A DNA stretch of 63,643 nucleotides, filler included, from Octopus bimaculoides (Eukaryota), in NCBI RefSeq assembly GCF_001194135.2. It is 5 parts of 5 records of this genome, joined end to end, with 100 filler letters (N's around TTAATTAATTAA, not from the genome) between each part and the next. Parts side by side here need not be neighbours in the genome. Positions count along the whole stretch, not along the records: positions 1 to 6,908 come from NC_068982.1; positions 7,009 to 26,252 come from NC_068994.1; 3 more parts are not named here. One strand, written 5' to 3'. The translations under genes and the position numbers were made by a program. The notes under the pieces are model-generated. The model did not search any database. It was not told where the DNA came from and was given only the letters and a program-made list of their open reading frames with translations. This document shows, piece by piece, positions 1 to 15,000 of the stretch. Position 1 is the first letter of the stretch. Each line of letters begins with the position of its first letter.

Positions 1-48
<48 letters not shown>

Positions 49-49
49 T

Positions 50-204
50 TGATGAACTTTCAGTTTCCGTTTACCAAGTCCACTCACAAAACTTTGGGCA
101 GCCTTAGGCTACAGCACAGGACACTTGCTCAAGGTGCCACGTAGTGAGACTGAATCCGGAAGGTTGTGAAGTAAGCTTCTTACCTTACCACACAGCCACG
201 CCTG
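50..204 (-). mobile_element. tRNA-derived SINE family A, 5' half, running into a (CA)n microsatellite at 1-46
   Basis: Reverse complement reads ggcgtggctgtgtggtaag...gtggcaccttgagcaagtgt...ggaaactgaaag, homologous to 2331-2480, 26083-26230 and 40830-40915. Confidence 0.75.
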
Positions 205-1230
205 AGCCTACCACAAGTCACGCCTATATATATACATACATACATACATGCATACATACATATATATAAATATGTAAATATATATATATATATATAATAT
301 AGATTGAATCAAAAGATTAAATGTGGTACTTAAAATGTTTGAGGCACCAGAATTTGGTAGGGTAAAAACCAAAAACAAAATCAAGAGATTTGGTGAATAA
401 AATTTGAAGAAAAGCAACAAAAATTCAATAGGTTATAGCAGTACGTATGTTTCGTACAAACTTCATTTATTCATGTAGTGAGAACACTACATAAAATGTG
501 CAATGAAAATGAACTCCTCAGCTGCATAATGGAATTTCATTTTAGAAAGTCATGTTGTAGATGTGTGCAAAAAACAAGANNNNNNNNNNNNNNNNNNNNN
601 NNNNNNNNNNNNNNNNNNNNNNNNNNNNNNNNNNNNNNNNNNNNNNNNNNNNNNNNNNNNNNNNNNNNNNNNNNNNNNNNNNNNNNNNNNNNNNNNNNNN
701 NNNNNNNNNNNNNNNNNNNNNNNNNNNNNNNNNNNNNNNNNNNNNNNNNNNNNNNNNNNNNNNNNNNNNNNNNNNNNNNNNNNNNNNNNNNNNNNNNNNN
801 NNNNNNNNNNNNNNNNNNNNNNNNNNNNNNNNNNNNNNNNNNNNNNNNNNNNNNNNNNNNNNNNNNNNNNNNNNNNNNNNNNNNNNNNNNNNNNNNNNNN
901 NNNNNNNNNNNNNNNNNNNNNNNNNNNNNNNNNNNNNNNNNNNNNNNNNNNNNNNNNNNNNNNNNNNNNNNNNNNNNNNNNNNNNNNNNNNNNNNNNNNN
1001 NNNNNNNNNNNNNNNNNNNNNNNNNNNNNNNNNNNNNNNNNNNNNNNNNNNNNNNNNNNNNNNNNNNNNNNNNNNNNNNNNNNNNNNNNNNNNNNNNNNN
1101 NNNNNNNNNNNNNNNNNNNNNNNNNNNNNNNNNNNNNNNNNNNNNNNNNNNNNNNNNNNNNNNNNNNNNNNNNNNNNNNNNNNNNNNNNNNNNNNNNNNN
1201 NNNNNNNNNNNNNNNNNNNNNNNNNNNNNN

Positions 1231-1272
<42 letters not shown>

Positions 1273-1955
1273 TCTTTATCCCCTACGGACGCATATGCTC
1301 TTGTATGTGTGCCCAGATGTCTATGTATGTATGTATGTATGTATGTATGTATGTATGTATGTATGTATGAATGTATATGTTTACGTATGAGTGTACGTAT
1401 GTATGTTATTATTTAGCTTTGTTTCCCGATTTCTCCTAAATGTAGAAAGACCCAGTTTCTAATCTAGATCCAAGGCTCCTTGCAATTTCAGCAACACCAA
1501 CAGGATGATTGTTTGTTTAACATACGGTAGAGAATATAATTTTTTATGACATAATAGAGTTGTCACTGTTTAGTTATGTATTTAGGAGGGGTTGTAATGT
1601 ACTTATGGAATATATTTATCAATCATGTTGTACAATGGGTAAATGTGTTTGAAAGTTTTGGTTCCTTTGGTTTGTTTGTTTTTTTCCCAAACAACACTTA
1701 TTTTAGTGCTGTTGACCACCCGATTGAATGGTACTGCCCAGGTGTCGAAACCATAGTGATATCAGTGGGGCAGCTGATCATAGACGTATGTTGGATTGTC
1801 GGTATGGTTGTGGAATAGTATTATAACACATTCTTTTGATACATACATACGTATGTGCCTACATACATACATACATACATGCATACATACATACATACAT
1901 ACATACATACATGCATGCATGCATGCATGCATACATACATACATACATACATACA

Positions 1956-1991
<36 letters not shown>

Positions 1992-2330
1992 TGCATAGAA
2001 ATATAGAAAGAAAGAGATGGGGAGAAAGAGAAAGAGAGATGCTTCATAACATATATATTTCTCTGAAATGTAGAGTAGGGTAGGTTCCGAATCAAAATTA
2101 TTCGTTTGAGGCTCAGAGAAGTTAATAAAGACGTTTCAAGTATTTTCCTTTATCAGAATATTGATGTAAAGTGGAAAAATAATAACAAAGACAAACATGC
2201 GCGTATAAACACATGAACCTCATCCCTCGCACATAATAAAAGGAATCGAACTGACGAAAGTTTGTCACGCAGTGTTCCAAAATTTAGAATACACTGTAGC
2301 ACTGAAAATTTTTCGCTGGAAATCTTCGCA

Positions 2331-2524
2331 TGCGTGGCTGTGTTGTACGAAACTTACTTCCCAACCACATGGTTCCAGTTTCAGTCCCACTGTGTGGCAC
2401 CTTGGTTGAGTGCCTTCTATTATAGCCTCGGGCCGATCTAAGTCTTGTGATTGGATTAGATAGGCGGAAACTGAAAGAAGCCCGTCCTGTATATATATGT
2501 ATATATATGTGCATGTATGTGTGT

Positions 2525-2592
<68 letters not shown>

Positions 2593-2813
2593 CTTTACGT
2601 CTGTGTTTGTCCCCCCACAACTATTTGACAACCGGTGCTGGTGTGTTTAGGTCTCCATATTTTACGGTTCGGTAAAACGAGAACGATAGAATAAGTACCA
2701 GGCTTTAAAAAATAATTCCTGGGATCGATTTGTTCGAGCAAAACCCTCCGAGGCGTTGCTCCAACATGGCCGCAGTTAAATGACTGAAACAATTAAAGGA
2801 TAAAAGATAAAAG
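2331..2813 (+). mobile_element. Full-length SINE family A with internal (TA)n(TG)n microsatellite
   Basis: Head gcgtggctgtgttgt..ggttccagtttcagtccc, body ending ggaaactgaaagaagcccgtc, internal microsatellite, then tail gatagaataagtacc...gcagttaaatgactgaaac ending in (taaaaga)n. Same architecture at 40830-41216. Confidence 0.8.
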
Positions 2814-2984
2814 ATTGCGATTGCAATACTGATGGTTAGTGTAACAACATACATAAACATATAGTTATTTTTTTACCTACAAGTATATGTCTATCATACT
2901 CTATCTCAGCAACAGCAGCAGCAGCAGCAGCAGTAGTAGCAATGGTGTTGGTGTTGGTACTGGAGTGGTGGTCGTAGTAGATTG

Positions 2985-3175
2985 ACAGAATTGTTGAAGC
3001 TTTACGCTCTTTGTCCAGAATTTTCACGTTCCGAGATCAAACAACGCTAATGTCAACTTTGCTTTTCATCCTTCGGTGGTGAGGGGAGGAGAGGTCAATA
3101 AAATAAAGTACTAGTCATGTACTGGGGTTGATGATATAGACTAATCTCTGCCCTATAAAACTGCTACCTTTGATC
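2985..3175 (+). mobile_element. Degraded SINE family B copy
   Basis: gtcaactttgcttttcatccttcgg...aataaaataaagtactagtcatgtactggggttgat matches the reverse complement of 3622-3822 and the 26.6-27.7 kb copies. Confidence 0.6.
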
Positions 3176-3621
3176 TAAAATTTGAAACAGTTATTACAAC
3201 AACTGCAACAATAATTAATACTCCTTTCTGCTATAGGCACAAAGCCTGGAATTTGCGGGGAAAGAGTAAGTCGATCACATCATAGCCATATATTCAGAAG
3301 AATTCTTTAGGGTTTGGATAATTCACCTCTAGAAACATAGGTGTTTCGTTCAACATCCTTAAACAAACTTTATTCAGGGATCTTTTGAGCGGTATGGTCT
3401 ACTTGACTTGAAGAAAATTCTAACAGGGCTCCTCCGACAAGGTCATGCACTGTTTATCTTGATGTAAGGTCACCATGTCGTGCAAGTATGATTGTGATGC
3501 ATGTGTCTGATGTACCCTTATCAGACTGGTAATCATGATGGGTATATTGGGCTTCGTATATTTGTAACCCAGCATCACTTTGATGGCATGCACTGCTCTC
3601 TCACTCAATAATAATAATAAT

Positions 3622-3822
3622 GGTTTCAAATTTTACCACAAGAGCAGCAGTTTGAAGAAGGGTACGAGTCAATTACATCGACCCAGTGTTCAACTGGTAC
3701 TTATTTTATCGATGAAAGGCGAAGTCGAGCCCGGTGAAATTTGAACTGAGAACGGAGCGACGGGCGAAATACTGCTAAGCATTTCGTCCAGCGCGCTAAC
3801 GATTCTGCCAGCTCGCCGCCTT
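3622..3822 (-). mobile_element. SINE family B
   Basis: Reverse complement begins aaggcggcgagctggcagaatcgttagcgcg...gttctcagttcaaatttc (tRNA-like A/B boxes), followed by gacttcgcctttcatc...aaaataagtaccag. Confidence 0.75.
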
Positions 3823-4936
3823 CATCATCATCACCATCATCATCATTGTCGTCACAATCATTATCTACATTGCCACCTCCACCAGCAACCACTACCAGCA
3901 CTATCACTACCATCAAGAGCATCCACCTCTACCTTCGCTTTATCATCCTCCTCTACGCCACCTTCTCCACCACCTCCACCACCATGATCATCATGATCAC
4001 CATCATGGTCGTCATCATCATCATTATCATCATCAGCACATCGTTTTCCTTTTGAAATGCTAACCCAATTATCAATCAATATTTCCGAAGTTCTGACCTC
4101 GAACGCAGATCGATAGATCTCTCTTTATTTTTATTTTTATTTTTATTTTTTTCTTTCTATAGTTTTTCACATTTATTGTCTATTATTATTCTTTTCTTTA
4201 TTCTATTTTATTTTCGTTTTTTTTTTCTTTTCTTCATGTTATTGCTTTTGTTCTTTTCGTCGTTGACATTGTTATTGTTGTTTTTGTTGTTGCTACAAAT
4301 GCAGTTGTTATTATTGTTTTTAGGTGGAGCTGGTGTTGTTGTTGTTATTGTTGTTACGTTGGTTGTAATTTCATTTCTATCGTTTAGTGTTGTTGCGATT
4401 GTTTTTGATATTGTCGTTGCTTACGTTTTTGATATTATTTTTCATATTATTATTATTTTTGCTGTTGTTTATTGTTATTATTGTTTTCGATATTGTTGTT
4501 GTTGCTGCTGCTACGTAACTTATTTAAAAACACAAAACTTAGAAAAAGAAATGTGACTGATAACATCCAACTAGCGGTCTGGAATTTGCATACATGCATA
4601 CATACATACATACATACATACATATACACATGCATACATACAATATACATACGTGTAAATATATACATACACACGTGTACACGTACGTACATACATACCT
4701 TCATACATAAGTACATGCATACAAATGGATATATAGATATACATATATGCATATATGATGTATGTATGTATGCATCTTTTTTCTTCTCGTTTCTTCTCTT
4801 ATTTGTTTCAATTATTAGACTGCAGCCTTGCTGGGGTACACCTTGAGGAAGTACGTATGTATGTATGTGCGTGCGTGCGCACGTATATATATATATATAT
4901 ATGTATGTACGTATATACGTATGTATATATATATAT

Positions 4937-4967
<31 letters not shown>

Positions 4968-5331
4968 TANNNNNNNNNNNNNNNNNNNNNNNNNNNNNNN
5001 NNNNNNNNNNNNNNNNNNNNNNNNNNNNNNNNNNNNNNNNNNNNNNNNNNNNNNNNNNNNNNNNNNNNNNNNNNNNNNNNNNNNNNNNNNNNNNNNNNNN
5101 NNNNNNNNNNNNNNNNNNNNNNNNNNNNNNNNNNNNNNNNNNNNNNNNNNNNNNNNNNNNNNNNNNNNNNNNNNNNNNNNNNNNNNNNNNNNNNNNNNNN
5201 NNNNNNNNNNNNNNNNNNNNNNNNNNNNNNNNNNNNNNNNNNNNNNNNNNNNNNNNNNNNNNNNNNNNNNNNNNNNNNNNNNNNNNNNNNNNNNNNNNNN
5301 NNNNNNNNNNNNNNNNNNNNNNNNNNNNNNN

Positions 5332-5720
5332 GGCGTTTCGAAGATGAGGCAGAACGCGCTCTTAGAATAGCTCTCCCCGCGTAGTGGATTAACCTGCTAA
5401 GCGAAGGATTCCAAAGTAGCAAACAAAAACCAAGACAGGAAAAATTAAACAGTGAAAACAACATTAAAGGCCGTAGGGCCGAACGCGATGAGATATAGAA
5501 CGCTGTGATGTGACGAAGCTGAACGGAGAGAAACAGTAGTTTCGTCTTGCCTTTATGCTGGCTGAAGGGAGAAAGGAAGAGGTGACCACAGGTCACATGT
5601 GATCAACGAGGAGTGGTAGAGAGAGGAAAAGGGAGGAAGTGGAACAAAGGTGAGCGACGAGAGACAGAGAGGAAGAGTAAGAGAGAGATATAGCAGTGAA
5701 GGGGAGAAGCAAGGACAAAA
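5332..5720 (-). repeat. Copy of a non-coding pLTR/retrozyme-like repeat family (family R), ending at tcGAAAcgcc at the gap
   Basis: Reverse complement shares the pyrimidine tract, gtgacc..ggtca, aagg.aagac, gttttcactgt, gcggg.gagc and tcgaaa with 29700-30003. Confidence 0.55.
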
Positions 5721-5721
5721 G

Positions 5722-5845
5722 AGACCGATAGAATAAGTACTAGGCTTACAAAGAATAAGTCCTGGGGTTGATTTGCTTGACTAAAAGCGGTGCTCCAGCA
5801 TGGCCGCAGTCAAATGACTGAAACAAGTAAAAGAGTAAAAGAGTA
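5722..5845 (+). mobile_element. SINE family A 3' fragment
   Basis: gagaccgatagaataagtactaggcttacaaagaataagtcctgggg...gcagtcaaatgactgaaacaagtaaaagagtaaaagag, near-identical to 41085-41216. Confidence 0.8.
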
Positions 5846-6654
5846 TTAGTACAATAGAATAATAGCGTCTGAAGAAGCAGGCTTGCTATCTGAATCTTGT
5901 AAAATTCTGGAAAATACTTACCACTGTGAGAGACATTGATACCAGAATTAATGGCGACGTTCCTGTCGAGTTTTTTTTATATACAAATGAAAAAAGAAAA
6001 AAAAAATTGCCTGGAAAGAAAGCTTGTAAAGTTGTCGGGCGTTTGTAATGGCAGCCTTTCAAATTCTTCGAAGACCTCCAGTATTAATAAATATTATTTT
6101 TGCATATGGATGTTTTTCACAAAAGTTGAGGTGTGATTGGAACTCACGATTAAACAAATCAGTTGCCAGTAATGATGACGGTGACTACGACGACCACGAT
6201 GATCATTCAGAGGGAGGAAGAGGATGGAGAGAAGGTTGGGAGAAGTAACACGTACACATACACACACACACACATTCACACAATACATATAAAAATATAC
6301 AGAACATATACACTTATAAAAAGTGTATATACATTCTTCTATAAATATATATATCTTATATAAATATATAAGATATGTATGCATATATACATATATAAAC
6401 AGGACTGGCCAAAAGTCACCCCAAAATAAATCAAAATTCCATAAATACTATCTGTAATTCTGTATTGACATGAATGGAAAAATAAGTCGCTCAAGGATTT
6501 CAGTTTCAACAATTATCGTGACGTTTCATATTAAGATGCTTTAATTAAATTCATTCAGCTGTTAAACATAAAAAAAAATCTTGGAATTAAATGGTTTGGA
6601 TTTACTGTCAGGTGACTTTTGGACAACACTATATAAACAGCTATATATATATAT

Positions 6655-6849
6655 ATAAACAAATAGTAAATGAGTATATGCATATATACGTACAGGTATG
6701 TGCATACCGACATCCACCTGTATGTATAGGTGCATATCTGGGTACAGGACATTGCAAACAAACGTAGACGAGAACACACGAGCCACATAGAGAAGATTCT
6801 ACTTCATCAGCTACCCACGTTTTAACACCGGCGTTTCGACGAGCTTCAT

Positions 6850-6850
<1 letters not shown>
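6655..6850 (-). repeat. Family R copy with GAAA and CTGATGA boxes
   Basis: Reverse complement: tcGAAAcgccggtgtt...agCTGATGAag...tatgtggct...gtcctgtac..gatatgca..gatgt.gtatg, homologous to 29503-29640 and 30000-30230. Confidence 0.65.
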
Positions 6851-6908
<58 letters not shown>

Positions 6909-7033
6909 NNNNNNNNNNNNNNNNNNNNNNNNNNNNNNNNNNNNNNNNNNNNTTAATTAATTAANNNNNNNNNNNNNNNNNNNNNNNNNNNNNNNNNNNN
7001 NNNNNNNNATACATATGAATTTATGTATGTATA

Positions 7034-7065
<32 letters not shown>

Positions 7066-7223
7066 CATACATACATACATATGAATTTATGTATGTATAT
7101 ATATATATATATATATACATACATATATATACATGCACATGCATATATATACACACATATGTATATATACATATAAATATGTATATACAGACATATATAC
7201 ATGTATGCGTATATGTATGTGTG

Positions 7224-7254
<31 letters not shown>

Positions 7255-7255
7255 A

Positions 7256-8066
7256 CGTGGTTTAATCAATAAGTATCTGGTTTGTTGCTATAGTATCGAA
7301 GCTACAACACGGAGAGTGAAGCTGCTGGAGACTGATTGACCTTGAACTCTGTTGTGCATGCGCACTAAGTTTTAACATTCTAGCTCACTTCCGCTCTTTA
7401 CAGCAGTGCTTGGAACGAAGCTGTGTAGCGTGTGGTTGTTGTATTGAACATGACAGAGAAACTTGAGCAGAGAATTTGCATCAAATTTTGACAAACGCTT
7501 GGCGACATCTACTCAGAGGCCTACGCAAAGTTTTCAAAAAATTTTCCTTGTTCTCGACAGAATCACTGAGATCTTGTGCAACCGAAACCCAAGTGTCTTT
7601 TTGGTCAGCTGAAAGCAGTTTTGGCCCAAACTTGGCAGAAAACACGTCTCATACTCAAATCTTTAGTGATAATGGACTGAACGGTAACTAATCTGCACAT
7701 CCTCTGATAATTCACGGATGGGGATTCGACGATTTCCCCTTACAGCTACATGCAAATCTGTGATGTTTTCCTCAATTCACTTGTGTACGGTTCATACAAT
7801 CTTCTCCATACACGTTCTGCAACTTTCTGTAGGCCTCTGAGCAGGGATCACCATGACAACTTTTTCTTTCATGGTCACTGCGACGATCACTCGCTACACA
7901 CCTTACTTCCAAGCACTGCTGTAAACAGCAGAAGTGAGCTAAAACGTTAACATTTAGTTCACATGCACAAAGGAGTTCAATGTCAATCTGTGCCAAGCGG
8001 CTTCCCTCTACGTGCTTTAGCTTCTTTTCTATAGCAACAGTCCGGATACTTATTGATCAAGCCTAG
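7256..8066. mobile_element. Mariner-derived element built from two 5' (left) ends in inverted orientation
   Basis: TA at 7254-55 and 8067-68. Both ends carry atcaataagtatc.gg..tgttgctatag plus about 290 bp of homologous 5' UTR and transposase start. Minus-strand peptides EAYRKLQNVYGEDCMNRTQV and IRELSEDVQI...MRRV..KFGPKLLS resemble the mariner N-terminal HTH and WVPR-linker region. Confidence 0.8.
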
Positions 8067-8068
8067 TA

Positions 8069-8120
<52 letters not shown>

Positions 8121-8151
8121 NNNNNNNNNNNNNNNNNNNNNNNNNNNNNNN

Positions 8152-8885
8152 NGTAAATAAAATTTCGTATTGACACTGACCAGCCCTCACATTCATATAG
8201 TATGTTTAATGATGCGCCTAACGCGGAAAGATACACACACTGTGAGACATATACACACTCATACACTTACATACGTCATCGTCGTGGTTAGAATTAAAAG
8301 TAAGAGTATAAAAGTGAAACATCGTATGTTCAACAACGTACCTAACGCTGAAAGACACACACTTCAGGACATATACACACTTATACACTCACGCACATAC
8401 ATTCACAGACAGAGTCATATACAGAATGTGACGCCGTCGTCGTGGTTATATTTATATATATATATATATATAATCCTTTGTCACTGTGTCTATTCCCAGT
8501 GCTTTCTCAAACGGCTCAACCAAATCAAATCAAGTTTTAGATGGTAATACTATCAGACCCCTTGAGTGACAAAATGTAATTTTGGGGGGATTAAAACAAT
8601 GCAACATTGGCACTGGTTCCGTATTACTTGTCAAAACTCAAAGAATAAAAGTGAAAGAATAACCTTGTAATGTGGTATCTTGTTTCACTTTTATACTTTT
8701 ACTATTAATTCTAACCACGACGACGGCGTCACATTCTGTATATGACTCTATCTGTGAATGTATGTGCGTGAGTGTATAAGTGTGTATATGTCTCACAGTG
8801 TGTGTATCTTTCCGCGTTAGGCGCATCATTAAACATACTATATGAATGTGAGGGCTGGTCAGTGTCAATACGAAATTTTATTTAC
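8152..8885. repeat. Inverted repeat of the complex satellite unit (arms about 8152-8455 and 8670-8885)
   Basis: 8152-8258 is the near-exact reverse complement of about 8780-8885, and further blocks match in rearranged order. Confidence 0.8.
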
Positions 8886-8899
8886 ATTTCGATTAAAAC

Positions 8900-10640
<1,741 letters not shown>

Positions 10641-10904
10641 CTCTAGAGGTGAAACTCTGGAAAAGAACAATGAAGCGACAAAGTTCAAGGTATATATAAA
10701 AATACACATTTACTATTCCATTACCAGTTAATAATTATTGCAGCTGTTGCAAGGTTGCAAGAAAATTACAATTACATATTTACCCTTACATTAAGAAATT
10801 TATCCTGTATATATATAATTTTTGTCCCTCAGTAATAATTATTTTGCATTTACTGTTAAATTAGCAGTTCCATACATGTGCTTCTATTTCATTCAATTGT
10901 TTCA

Positions 10905-11275
10905 TCATTATCATCATCGTCGTCGTCGTCCGCTTTCCATGCTGGCATGAGTTGAACGGTTTGACTGAGATCTGGCAAGCCAGTGGGATGCGCCAGGCTC
11001 CAATCTGACCTGGCGATGTTTCTACAGCTGGATGCCCTTCCTAACGCCAACCACTCCGAGAGTGTAGTAAGTGATTTTTATGTGTCACAGGCACGGGAGC
11101 CAGTCAGAGCGCACTGGCATCCACGTTTGAATGGTGCTTTTCACGTGTCACCGGCACAGTAGCCAGTCAGGGGGTACTAGCATCGCCCTACGCTCGAATG
11201 GTGCTGGTGCTTATTATGTGCCATCAGCACGGGTGCCAGTCAGGCGGCACTGGCCATGACTACGATTTCGATTAT
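10905..11275 (-). mobile_element. SINE-like element with (GAT/GAC)n tail and three internal ~62-70 nt repeats
   Basis: Reverse complement contains ggttggcgttaggaagggcatccagctgtagaaac and ends gcatggaaagcggacgacgacgatgatg. The motif gccagtcag..g.act.gc occurs three times in 11085-11260. Confidence 0.6.
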
Positions 11276-11299
11276 ATTTCGCTAATTTACACTGCATAC

Positions 11300-11879
11300 A
11301 AAAATACAGACATAGTATATACATACCACACAAGAAGCTACTATACCTTATTTTTTCAAGTAATTCATTACTACATATTTTCATGCAACTGCATAGGCTC
11401 ACTTTATGTTTCTTATTTTACAGTCACACCAGCAAACCAATGTCACTTCTTCACCTTCTGCAACTTTTCAACAGTTCACTTCACCGTTGCTGTCTCCCAT
11501 TGTAGCCCCTTTCCGGAATGTACCCATTTACGTACAATATCTCCATGACACCTCCATTCATTTCACTGTCAACCATAGGATGGGTTGTGTTAGACGCAGC
11601 GCTGAGCACCTCAAAGGTGAGTATATCCACTGACAGCTTTTCGGTGGGTTCGAAATTTATATACCCCACCACTCCCAATTTTCCATAATAGGTTAAGGCA
11701 TGGAATCCTCCAAACGGACGTACTACATGTCGCTTAGTCGAATCAGACCATCATTTACTTCACAAACGTTTTGTCGTCAATGCTGCACTTTCCCGTATCA
11801 CCTGTTTCAACATAACTGTAATATACATATACAAACTATACCATTTTAATCCCGAGCAATGCCAGGTATCTCTGTTAGC
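11300..11879 (+). mobile_element. Probable non-autonomous Helitron-like element
   Basis: Ends in cccgagcaatgccaggtatctctgttag, a decayed GC hairpin plus CTAG-like terminus, followed by (TCTA)n. Confidence 0.4.
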
Positions 11880-11929
<50 letters not shown>

Positions 11930-12017
11930 ACACACACACACAGACACACGCACACATACACACACACGCACGCACACAAACACACATACATATATATATA
12001 TGATACGATACAATAAC

Positions 12018-12074
12018 GTGCTTTTCTATGAGTAACACCGAATTAATTGAATCTATATATTGTCTCTTAAATTT
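12018..12074 (+). repeat. 57-bp direct repeat on the 3' side of the RTE LINE (putative target-site duplication)
   Basis: gtgcttttctatgagtaacaccgaattaattgaatctatatattgtctcttaaattt; matches 15716-15772 at 54 of 57 positions. Confidence 0.8.
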
Positions 12075-15000
12075 TTATATATTCATCATTTCGTGGACAT
12101 CGCAAAGTGATGAGTACTTTTCTCAGACGTCATTTATTGTTATGTGTCCTCTGATGACTATGAAGTCCGATTCTGGAGAGACAGATACGTCCACAGGTGG
12201 AGCATATAAAGCTTTGCTGCTGCTGACTTCCCAGGTTTTGAACGTTCCGCCAGGCGCGGCGTGCCACATCACTCTGCAGTAGATCTTCTTGGAGTTGGGT
12301 GGTGCCAATCTTCTATGCGTCGCGCCAGTTAGTGCGATCTGCAGCCATTGATTCGAGATTGTCGGGAGGGATACGACACTTTTTCAGCGTTGCTTTCAAG
12401 TGATCTTTAAAGCGCTTGTACTGGCCATCGACAGAGCGTCTTCCATCTTCAAGTTCGCCGTACATAACAAGGCGAGGAAATGGATTTGAAGGCATTCGAA
12501 TGATATGCCCTGCCCATCTTAGTTGGCGGTTAGCGATTGTTACCTCCAATGGCTGCCTGTTTGTTCGCCCACGTATCTCTACATGTGGGATCTTGTTCCA
12601 CCAGTCTAAGCCAAGGAGTTGTTGAAGGCAAGATATGAAACCATTCGGGCATCTTGATATGACGCCGGTAGGGTAGCGAAGATTCGCAGCCATATAGCAG
12701 GATTGAAACACGAACAGCATTGTAGACAGCCACTTTTGTTCTGATGCTTTTGTTGAGAAGAACGCCAGTACTTAGCCGACCACACGCAGTAGAGGCAAAA
12801 CGAATACGGCGTTGAATATCGTCTGTCAGATCGAGAGTATTGTGGTGAACTGAGCCAAGGTACGTGAATTGGTTAACATCAGCGATTATCGCATCTTCTG
12901 CATGGAAGAAGCATAGGTTGATGACAGTGGTGCAAAGTTGCTGGAGGATTTCCGTCCTCTTGGTGTTGATGACTAGACCAGCATGGATGTATGCATCTGC
13001 CATGTGGTCCAATAGCCTTTGAAGACCAGCAGAGTTATGGCCGACAAGTGTCGTATCATCTGCATATTGCAACTCAAAGATGTGTTGAGATGACGTCTTT
13101 GTTACAGATTTCAGGCGCCTCTGATTGAAAATACTGCCATCTGATAGCACCTGATAGTTATTGCATTTTCAGCTGGAGTTAATGCTTGGCGTGGAGGGTT
13201 ACGGCTGCCATGTAGAAGTTGAAGATGACCGGGGTAAGTACACATCCTTGCTTGACTCCGAATTGGACCGGGAAGAAGTCAGACTGGGCATTATTATAGA
13301 CGACTCTGGCCATCATTCCGTTGTGGAAGTCCTTCATAACGGCAAGAAAATTTGGTGGGCAGCCAAATTTTGTCAGGATTTCCCACAAAACATCACGGTC
13401 AATTGTGTCGAAGGCTTTGGTTAAGTCTAGAAAAGCCATGTAAAGGGAGTGGTTTTGCTCATGGCATTTCTCCCGGAGAAGACGTGCGACAAAGATCATG
13501 TCAACAGTCGAGCCGGCATTTCGGAAACCACATTGGGTTTGAGGCAGTAAACATCGGCAACATGCCTCAGAAGGCGTGACAGGAGAACTAGAGCAAGGAC
13601 CTTATCAGCAACCGAAAGCAAAGTGATGCCTTGGCTATTTCCACAGACTGCTCTGTCACCTTCGTTTTTGTATATGGCAACAATGTTGGCACCTCACCAT
13701 TGTTGGGCACGCAGTGGGAAGTCCATACTCTGCAGATGAAAGCATGGCTACGGGTCTTGAGGGACCGGCCGCCATACCTCAAGATTCCGGCTGGCAGATG
13801 GTCAATTCCGGATACCTTGTTCAACTTGAGGTCATTTATCGCAGATTCAGTTTCGCCAAAGGTTGCTGTATCATCTAGACAATCGATGAGTGGTAGTGAA
13901 GAGATGTTGCCAAGAAAAAAAGTGTCTATGGGGTTGCTACGGTTGAGGAGGGTGTTGACGTGCTCAGCCTATCGTGACAGAATGCCATCTCGGTCCTTGA
14001 TGGGTGATGTTGAATCATCATTCCATACGTGGCAGAAGGATCCTCTAATTGGGCTGTATGCCGTCTTTATGAATTCGTAGAAAGCTTGGATGTTGTTTGT
14101 GTCAGTATATCCTTGTATTTCTTGTTATTTAGTCTTCCACTAGTTGTTCCGCATGGTTCTAAGTTTTCGATGGACGTCAGAGCGGAAGTTGTTCAATGTC
14201 TGTGGTTGGCTGCTGTTGGCTGATGGAGATGTCTATAGTGTGCAGCATTCTCTTCACGTAGAAGTGAGTGGATCTCCCTTGAGTTGTCATCAAACCAGTC
14301 CTGATGACGTCTATTCAGAACACCAAGTTATCTTTGGCAGCGTTAATGATATTGGTTGCCAGAGTATCTCACTCTGACGTCAGAGTTTTCCATCATTTGG
14401 TCCAGTTTCGGCATCAGGGAGTTTGGCAAACTTTTGTTCCAGTGTTACTGCCAATTTCTGGCGGGCTTCACGGGATTGCAGGGTTCCAACATTTAATTTC
14501 TGCTTCATCTTTTGCTTACGAATAGGAGGACGAATTCGTAAGCGTAGCCGGCATTGGATCAAGAAATTGTCGGTCCAGCAGTTGGCACCGCGCATAACAC
14601 TGGTGATTTTCACATCCAGCGGCGTGTGATGGCATAGTCAATCAAGTACCAGTGCTTTGAACTGGGGTGCATCCATGTTGTTTTGTGTTTCTCAGCAAGT
14701 TGAAACATCGAGTTTGTAATGCAAAGGGAAAATTCAGAACAAAGTTCGAGGAGACAAAGCCATTTGATCTAGTGTTTCTAATGCCGTGCCTACTGAGAAT
14801 ACCATGCCAAATGCGGAGATTTGATCCCACTCTCACGTTAAAGTTGCCTAAAAGCAAGGGTTTGTCATCACGTGGAACGCGCTGCAGGGCAGTACGCAGG
14901 GAAGCGTAGAAGGCATTTTTGTCCTCTTCGGTTGATGTGGCAGTTGGTGTATAAGCACTGAGCGGTGTGGCCGAATGGCCATAAGTTAGTGGGATGCGCA

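Noticed and set aside
478-1390. Long ORFs made of X, YI, CV or HT runs throughout the ORF track
   Set aside because: Translations of N gaps and di-/tetranucleotide microsatellites.
4176-4556. Hydrophobic 126-aa ORF resembling a membrane protein (likewise 48130-48939)
   Set aside because: Derived from TTG/TTA trinucleotide and (GA)n low-complexity DNA.
6953-6964. TTAATTAATTAA islands centred in N runs (also 26297-26308, 56936-56947, 62388-62399)
   Set aside because: An identical 12-mer with stops in all frames between symmetric N runs is an assembly spacer, not biology.
12151-12175. Isolated CTGANGA matches (also about 14302, 26039, 31204, 38384, 42103)
   Set aside because: No stem II plus GAAA in the correct arrangement; several lie in transposon coding sequence.
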